Positions 29,013 to 37,202 of a stretch of DNA of 37,202 nt are shown one piece after another. Origin of the DNA: Phoronis australis. Lineage: Eukaryota > Animalia > Phoronida. The position numbers were made by a program, and so were the translations under genes. A model generated the notes under the pieces. That model was not told where the DNA came from and did not search any database. It saw only the letters and a list, made by a program, of their open reading frames with translations. Positions within the stretch are counted from its first letter, which is position 1. Each line of letters begins with the position of its first letter. The stretch is from positions 222,365-259,566 of the forward strand of contig NMRA01000164.1 of NCBI GenBank assembly GCA_002633005.1, given 5' to 3'.

Positions 29013-31392
29013 ATGAATATTGAAACATGAATAGTTAAGTTCGTCAGGTTGAGTAAAAAATGTTGCCCCTAATATTCAAAAATATGATATGGTAACTGCT
29101 TTAGAATTTCACACAAAATTAAATAATTACTATTTCCAGAAAGCAAGGGTGTATATAATATAATAAGTCCCATGAGCACTCGTCTAAGTCGGGCCGGGGA
29201 TTGTGATGTTTATTACTGTGCATTCTGTTTCAAAATGAATTATTCTCACCCTAACCATTGCTTATATAAAACTGAAACAAAGTATGTCTCATGAGACACA
29301 ATTTGTAATACCTTGAAGTGTTCATGAGTGCAAATGTTTTGAGAAGCCAGCAATGAATAAATCACTGCGTTACCGGCTTTAGATGTAATAAAGCTTATTG
29401 ACCGGGCACCGAGGCTGTGTGAGCGCATGCTAATTCAGTGTTTGCTGACAGAAAGCTGTTGTGAAACAATAATTTGGTTTTATATCCTATGGTCAGATGT
29501 TAGGGGAATCTTTATTTAGAAATTCATTATTTGAATCATTGTTACTGTACAACTTTTGGCCTGACAGTTCTGTGGAAGGGTAACCTGACTTCGCGGCCCC
29601 CGACGAACTAGTAAGTAGATTTGCTGTTTCACAGCTAATTCACTAAAATAATCACGTGACCATTATTTCTTTGGCTCACCAGTATAGTCTTCGTGACTGG
29701 AAGTTTAGTTTCCAACTTTGGCTGGTTTATGTTCGTGATGTCTTCAGTCCAGCCGCGACGGGCCTGATCGGGTTCTGAGTCACTGGCCAGGATAGAAAGC
29801 ATTTTGTGTGTTAAGAACTAAAAAAAATCACAAGTCTAAAATTACAACACACAGCTATGTTCTCCTGTCTGTATTTCACAGACGAATAATTCGAATTTAT
29901 CACTGAACAGACCTTGAACTCCCGCGACTGACCTTGGTAAATTGGCGTACCGAACTTTGTAGGCTACGGTACGTTTAAATACCTAAAAATCCGTAATAGC
30001 GAAATAAAACAACACGTTTGTTCAATAATTTGATGTATTTGTAAGGGTTTTACATCGCATTTTGATGATTAATTGGTGTAAAAAGATGAATTCAAGCGAT
30101 AAGCTGACACCAGTAAGTGTGTTATGAACTGCTGAACAGACTGCCTTCGAACCTCTGACGTCATTGGTTAGTTTCAACACCTCTGTCTGTCCTTAGGTGT
30201 CAGGTACTGTACTTGCTGTTATCGAGTGGATCTACTCGATCTAAATTGATACAAATAGGTTGTTTTTGGGTGACATTTTCCTTTAACTAGAACTTATTTG
30301 ATACCTTGAACTTCAACATTGAATGCTTGCCAATCAGATGATATCTGGTACGCCTTCTTGAGGTAACTAGTTAAAACCGCTAGCGTTCAGGGCAAAAACT
30401 ATATTCATGTTTTCAACGAAGTTTCGTATATGTGAAAATAGTAAAATTATTCAGCTTTGAACACAGAATGGGTGAAAATGTGGAATGTTATTTCATTAAA
30501 ATTTTCAAGGCAAATAAATTGCGGCAATATATTGTTTTGTTGTTTCTATGATTTTTACTTTATTATTACCACTAAACAACATTTGGTATAAATAACCAAG
30601 CATTACACCTTATTCATGCAGTCGCCATGTTACACAGAACCTATTTTTAGATATTAAAAAAACAGTGCATTCTGTGCTTAATCACAGTGCAAAATGTGAC
30701 TTTTTCCACGTGTCTCGTTATGTTTATGTCTCAATTGAGGCATTTTTTAAAATAACAACTGCATGAACGAGGCCTGTTGCTTATGTCATAAGTGGACGAG
30801 TTTTTGTGTTATTCACCAGTGCTGCCATTTTCCCAGCATTTTTATATAGCCGTGCTATTTGATTTCTTTTGTGACGAAATCTGATGATGGGATATCGTGT
30901 TAGGGATGTCATTGTAAATTATGAACAAAAAGCTCATTGTATCGACCTTGAATTGCAGGAACAGTTTTTACTGGTGGCTATTGGTAAACTGACACATACC
31001 ATACAAGCACACCATTGAGTAGGTTGACCAAGAGTAAACTCTTGCTCTGAATTATTCATGTTATGGGATTGCTAATATAATATTTGCGAATGTTTGAAAA
31101 ACCCCGTGTGGGTGGTTTGTTTAAAATGATTAAGATCCAATATCTTATTTTAGCATGGCAAATAGCGACATATGAATGGAAAATTTGTTAGGGGCTGTTC
31201 ACAATTATCGCGTTTTTAGGAGTGTAGAAACAAACTCCATATCAACTGTTTGGGTTACCACTCACCCGGAATTCCAAAAAATTAGATCTCTTGGAATGCC
31301 TTGCTGGGATTACTCCAAACCGCTGGTTCTTTTAGTTCCACAGTTTAAGCGCCTGAGCATTATCTGGGAGGAGTACAGTATGTGAGTATGTG

Positions 31393-31567
31393 TAATTGAC
31401 CTATTGCAAGCCCCTTGCATAATGTCGACTAACAAACAATAAGTTTTACCCGGCAACGTGTTGTTTGTCGGGTAAAAGGGCGGCTTGGAAACGAAGGTGT
31501 GTCAAGAATGATGAGTTTTAAATGGTCAGTTAAGCCGGCACTCAAAATCCTGTTAATAGGTCAATTA
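31393..31567. mobile_element. Small MITE-like element, 175 bp
   Basis: Perfect 13-bp inverted ends TAATTGACCTATT...AATAGGTCAATTA; internal hairpin TTTTACCCGGCA/TGTCGGGTAAAA. Confidence 0.55.
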
Positions 31568-31893
31568 ACCTAACATCTACAAAACTATGCATGCAGGAAA
31601 AGAAAAGTATACATTTTACAAGATAAGGCAGTCTGTAGAATTAGAATTGTTACTCTTTACCAATCTGATATTGAAGTGGAACTTGCAGGCTAATTTCTTA
31701 TCTCTGTGATTGCTTGGTCAAACTAGGTTGAAACACAACATATATCGATGATGTGCTGTGGAAAAAATGGCTCCAGTTATGTGGGGATAGGTCTTGGTAG
31801 TATAGTTGTGTTACCCGGTTTTTGGTTGAACGGTAGATTGTTGGCTAACAAGATAGCAAAAGCAAGTTGATGGAGAGCAGCATAAAAACTATA

Positions 31894-32322
31894 GTGCCGT
31901 TTACACTACAAAAGTTGTCACGGATCAGCTGACATGGAACAAGTTGTTCCAACGCAAGTATGTGTGTAAACGGGACTGAACTGGAGCAAATTGACACCGC
32001 AGTGACAACTTTTGCCACCCGTTTGTGAGGTAGAGCAATTTGCTCTAGAACATCTTGCCTCGTGTCAATTATGTGTCTAACCGCGAAACTGTGGCAAGGC
32101 GGAAAGGATCATCTCTACTGCGCTTGTGTAATGACCTAAATACAGTTTCTCTGTCTCTTCAACTCCCGTCATTTGTAAACCAGCGCATGTGTGATCCATT
32201 CTCCAGCCTACAATTTCTGTCTTGCCACAGCTGGTGAGTTGTGTGTGTAAACAGACGCCTGACACCGACCAATTTGCTCCCTATCAGTTGTGCCAGGCCA
32301 AAAGTTGATGTCTAAACAGGAC
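31894..32322. mobile_element. Degenerate Harbinger-like MITE
   Basis: Ends GTGCCGTTTACAC and GTCTAAACAGGAC, internal GTGTAAAC copies near both ends, ATA/TTA flanks. Confidence 0.5.
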
Positions 32323-32377
32323 TTAACACAGTCGTTGAGTTTTTACTGACAAACAAAGTTTATTAACTCTAACTACA

Positions 32378-32410
32378 ATATATATATATATATGTATATA
32401 TGTATATATA
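32378..32410. repeat. (TA)n microsatellite
   Basis: atatatatatatatatgtatatatgtatatata. Confidence 0.95.
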
Positions 32411-34006
32411 GTGAATAGAAATATGTGCGGGTTGTGAGTGCAAAACAACAACAATATTGAAAGTTCCATGATTTCATCCAAATCATAAACATGAATGAAG
32501 TCTGGACAGCTATCTGGCATATAGGGTTTCACTATGAGTGGGCACTGGTCAGTGACGTAGTAAACAACAACACAAGATGTTATATAACATAGACTGTTTT
32601 GTTAGGATAATTGTACATCATAGGAAGTGATGAAACTTGCACGTAATTAACTTCATGAGAATTCATGACACTCCGCTGGCTGAAAAAGTGTATGAAGTAG
32701 GTTGAAAATTGCAAAATGTTTTTAAGAACGAATTTTGTGTCGAAAAGGTTCCCCTTTAAATCTCTCAACCATGTCCAGTAAGTTTTGGGGAACAACACCG
32801 CGTTATGTGGGTTATGTAAGCCCCTAAGGTACTTCATTAGTGCAAAGGTCACCTATTTGCAGAATTTTTTGTTTTCACACTTACAATTTGTCTGAATACA
32901 ACTGCACTTTGTTTAGCACAGGTGACATTAGATAGTATTGTTGTTTAGTTCCTGCTATACATTTAGCATAGATAGGAGCATGCAAATGCATCTTTAATGG
33001 GGTCGTGTGAACATATCTTTTTATTAAAATTTAGCAAAAAAAACATTCGCAGCTAAACAGTGGTATTAATTACATACCAAATTCCGTTTAATATGAATGT
33101 TTAAGATAAAGTCTCAAAAACGCTGTTTCAGTTTTCTAAATTATCATAATCGCTTTGTGCAATTTTTTAGTTCTTTCATACAAATCATAATGTTCCAATT
33201 TTTAATAGCCCATGATGCAAAAAGTGGAGCAAATCTTAACAGCGCTATGGAGGCAGTGCATAAAGCATATATGGGAAATTTTTTTAAAAGAACACGAATT
33301 CAATCTGCCATTTCTGAGATCTGCTATTCTGAAGTTAGCCAAACTTGGCCATTTTTCTCTGGACCTACCTTACATTACATTGAATCACCCTGGGCTATGA
33401 TGCCAAATTACAGCATTACTAAAGCTATGTAACTGCTGTATAATGTTCTGCTGAAACATGGAACAGCTGTGAAGTTATTTATGGAACAGGTCCTGAGTCT
33501 GATAAAAACATTTGTTGCAATCATTTTACATGAAAATGCAATCATTTCTTGTCACTACTGATTCAAAATATCAGTGTGCAAAGTAAAAGTCAACTTTAAT
33601 GGTGATTAAATTCTGAACTTCATTTTATGATTTAGTTTAAATTGCATAAAAAAGCACCTAGAATCTGAATCCCTTGTCGTTTTGAGATTGTATGCGCTAG
33701 AAAATCAATAGTGTTGTGTTTCATTGATTGATTTGCACAATTCTTGTTGTTCTGATGTGTTTACCTAGACAGCAAAGTAGTGACATTTGATCAACACTGT
33801 GTAAAGAAATGTGTCTTCTGAGCAAGCCCAAAGGAGATGAACAGACAATTACATTCTCAGAAGACTAAAATCTAGTAGAAATATGATTATCAATGCAGAT
33901 ACAAACAAATCCATGATAAGCTTTTCACTTATAATCTAAAATCATCTTTGGGAAAAAACAGAAATTCATCATGTGTCACCAAACATCATTGACCAAATAC
34001 AGTCTC

Positions 34007-34048
34007 GCACACACACGCACGCACGCACACACACACACACACACACAC
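34007..34048. repeat. (CA)n/(CACG)n microsatellite
   Basis: gcacacacacgcacgcacgcacacacacac... Confidence 0.95.
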
Positions 34049-35241
34049 TTGAACAGATCACCACAGGTATAGTAAGGTCGCTACAGGTATAGTGGCTCCC
34101 CATGGTCCTTGATGCCTGGATTTTAAGGTTTATATCACAGAAAATCACAGAATCACTTCTGGGGGGATAGAACTGGTGATGGCGGGGATGGGTAATTTTC
34201 CTTTCAACCAAAAAAATATCTACCGGTATTCTTAGAAGAGACAGATACGTTTACCCCTCAGGTGAGTGTGTCTTGCACTCTGTTATCGTGACAATTCAAA
34301 GGTAGCCTGCGGATGTTTAGAGAGACAAGTACTTTTAGTAAGAATCTAATTAGGGATATTTCTAGTCAGCTAGGAACCCATGAGGGTGTAGTATATATGG
34401 GATTGTGGCCAACTGGGGTGGAAGTCTGCAGTGTTCCTCTGTAGATTCATTGTCCCTACCCATTTACTCAGCAACAGTTTCATGTGGCACCTATAACTAA
34501 CTTCTCGGCCAATTTTTACATTGAGCAGAGAAGACCAGGTCTTCTCACAGAGTCACCACTACTGTAGGGTGTATGGTGGAATATTTCTTATTTATAATAT
34601 TGTAGAATCTGGCCAGTTTAGGACACAGTATGGCTGTTTAGTGAAATTTCATATCTCCCTTTTTTCGTAAAAGAAAAGCAGCACCAAATGATTGCCTAAA
34701 TATCAACTTCAATTTTTACACCATAGCTACTACCAGACAATGTTTTGGCAGTTTTGGGCACTCACAACCCTAATGGAAGTCTTTAAAAAATGAAGAATGT
34801 TTTTGTCTGAAATTGGTGTAATTTTATGTTATACTTTTATACTGTATTTTCAAATGTACAATAAATGTTTTTAATCATGATAATGATGAGAATTTTAATT
34901 ATGGTAGTCATTCACGTTGTGTTTTAGAACGTGTATAATCACGAATGATATTTAGAAATCTATGTGTGGAGTAAAGTATTGAGATTACTTTTGATTTCCT
35001 GTAAGTGACACATCACAGGAATATGTTCACATGTCCTTTGGACTAAAGTAGGATTATTGCCAAGCTGTCCAACTTCTGTCACAAAAAACTTTAAGATGCA
35101 CCACTTTCAAAACGGATGCTTCATCTTGAGGTGTCACTGAAGAAAATCTGGTGATGACTTTGAAAACTTTTCATTTTCTTTCCTTTTTTAGTAATCTTAT
35201 TAGTTACATAATACTTCTATGGATATACATTTGTTTTTCAG

Positions 35242-35468
35242 ACTACATGCCCAGCAGCTATTGTGGACTCACGAAAAAGATAGATGGCGCTGTGATCTCA
35301 AACAGTGTCACTAGCCAGTACGCCCACACTCCTTGTGTGATGAAGTTTTTATCCTCTGAGAGTTGGAGCACCACCAAAAGAATCCAGTTGTCTGTTAAAA
35401 CCCTTCAGCTATCTTGTTCTTCTACACTGAAGATATATGATAGCAGTGGTACATCAGGTACCCCTATG
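35242..35468 (+). CDS. Secreted CUB-domain-like protein, next coding exon (N-terminal part of CUB fold); gene continues beyond window
   Basis: ttgtttttcag|(Y)YMPSSYCGLTKKIDGAVISNSVTSQYAHTPCVMKF...KRIQLSVKTLQLSCSSTLKIYDSSGTSGTPM|gtgagt shows the CUB-like pattern CG...G.I.....Y....C...I.L....L.C...L.IYD. Confidence 0.8.
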
Positions 35469-35747
35469 GTGAGTTGAAGCACCAGTCAGACCAATGACCA
35501 AAAATAGTGCATGTAGACTGATACACACTGCATCAAACGTCTGCAGGCTGCTCACCTGGAACCATTTTTCATTTATTAATTCACACATATAACGCATATA
35601 GACCCATAGCAAATTAACAAAGAACTGGAGACCTTACTCAAAGGTCTAGTTGTGGTGTCCAGTGGACCTTGTGAATAGGTGGGAGGCATTCAACCCACAA
35701 GGTCATACTGTCTCCTGACCATCTTCTCACCAAGATTATCGTTCTCA

Positions 35748-36753
35748 TTTTTATGCGCCCACATATTTATATGGGGACGCATTATGCCGTCATCTCCGTC
35801 CGTCCGTCCGTCTGGGCGGCGTCCGTCCGGCGTCCGCTGCTTTATCTCCAAAACCCTTTGACATACGTTCATGAAGTTTGGCACATATGTTCCATTCATG
35901 AATGGGACGGCATGTGCGAACTTTCGGACGGATCCGACTACTGGTGTGCCCCCCAGTGGCAATTTTAGTTTTTTACGCTTACCTTTGTATCTTCAAAAGT
36001 CCTGAACGGATTTTCATGAAATTTGGTATGTAGGCACCTATTAGTGAGATGATGCTATCCTGCTGTTTTCAGATGGATTCGACATAGTTTGCGCCACCTA
36101 GTGGCCATTTTTAGTGTTTTCGTGTGTGTTTTTGTGCGTCCACCCCTCTATCAACCAAACCGCTCGAAGGATGATTGTGAAAAGTGGCATGTATATGCTT
36201 ACTATGTAGAGGACGGTTGACGATGATTTTCCGACGTTTTGGACCACTGTGGCGCCTCCTAGTGGCAGTTTTGTTTTTTTCGCGCCTATGGCTGTATCTC
36301 CTAAACCGTTCGCAGGATTGTTATGAAATTGTGTAAGTATATTTATATGATGTTAACAACGGAAGATGACGACTTTTGGACGGATCCGACTACTGGTGTG
36401 CCCCCTAGTGGCAATTTTAATTTTTTTTACGCTTACCTTTGTATCTTCAAAAGTCCTGAACGGATTTTCATGAAATTTGGTGTGTAGGCACCTATTAGTG
36501 AGATGACGCTATCCTTCGTTTTCAGATGGATTCGACATAGTTTGCGCCACCTAGTGGCCATTTTTAGTGTTTTCGTGTTTGTTTTTGTGCGTCCACCCCT
36601 CTATCAACCAAACCGCTCGAAGGATGATTGTGAAAATTGGCATGTATATGCTTACTATGTAGAGGACAGTTGACGATGATTTTCAGACGATTTGGACTAC
36701 TGTGGCGCCTCCTAGTGACAGTTTTGTTTTTTTTGCGCCTATGGCTGTATCTC
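35748..36753 (+). mobile_element. HINE/Helentron-type element with GTCC microsatellite and internal tandem array
   Basis: TTTTTATGCGCCCACATATTTATATGGGGACGCAT IR, a (CCGT)n tract, then a 452-bp unit (35926-36377) repeated at 36378-36753. Same family as 10321-11540; interrupted at 36754. Confidence 0.82.
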
Positions 36754-37202
36754 TAGGGCTCGACATAACGAGCTGCAGGTCGCATTTGCGACCTGAAATT
36801 TGGAAATGCGAGCTGAGATTTTTGTCAGCTCGTATAAAGTCGCAAAATGCGACCTGGAATTTCCAACGAATGCGTGCTGAGTTTTTACACTTCTCAACAG
36901 ATACCTGGCAAATACACAGCAGCTCTTGTTAATCCGAACGTTATTTGGTTGTTGCCAAATACAAGTTCAAAAGAACACTAACCGACAACAGGCCTCCCGA
37001 TGACTTGTAAGCAAGTCGCGTGAACATGGGGTATGCAGAATCGATCTTTGACGCGTTTCATTGGCTAACACTTTCGGCCACTTTTGTAAATTCCCGGATT
37101 CGCCGAAGAAAGTTTCGGGCCACTGCTTACACGTGATAAAACTTCACAAAACAACGGTGTTTCTATTAATTCTTAAGCGATCAACTTACCAAACTTTGTG
37201 GT
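36754..37202. mobile_element. One end of a hAT-like element inserted into the HINE array
   Basis: The tandem unit breaks abruptly at TAGGGCTCGACATAACG, followed by subterminal GTCGCA/TGCGAC repeats (CAGGTCGCA-TT-TGCGACCTG). The other end and TSD are outside the window. Confidence 0.6.

Noticed and set aside
30221-30240. 20-bp near-palindrome ATCGAGTGGATCTACTCGAT
   Set aside because: Short and isolated, with no supporting context.
31191-32824. Large Harbinger-like element bounded by TTAGGGGCT...AGCCCCTAA enclosing two MITEs
   Set aside because: Only about 9 bp of clean inverted match, and the flanks differ (TTA vs TAA).

Overview
AT-rich eukaryotic genomic DNA from an intron-rich metazoan, probably a marine lophotrochozoan such as a mollusc (inferred from the repeat families, not proven). 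Most of the window holds COG7 (conserved oligomeric Golgi complex subunit 7) on the minus strand. I traced 20 phase-compatible GT-AG coding exons (24418 down to 1446, 2098 nt, about 699 codons), starting with a putative ATG-only first coding exon; the last exon lies left of the window. Head-to-head with it (577 bp between the ATGs) is a plus-strand gene for a secreted CUB-domain-like protein (exons 24996-25089 and 35242-35468, continuing off the right edge). The introns contain many mobile elements: two HINE/Helentron-type elements whose tandem monomers each carry a CTCF-like motif, a MULE-like foldback, Harbinger-type MITEs, a hAT transposase relic and a THAP + YqaJ (ISL2EU-like) relic. The most unusual item is a tRNA-containing LTR-like unit (Helenus/TRIM-like) that appears interrupted by a 206-bp multi-hairpin module. 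Apart from ORFs overlapping the exons above, the supplied ORFs look spurious. All family assignments come from reading and recalled motifs, without database searches.
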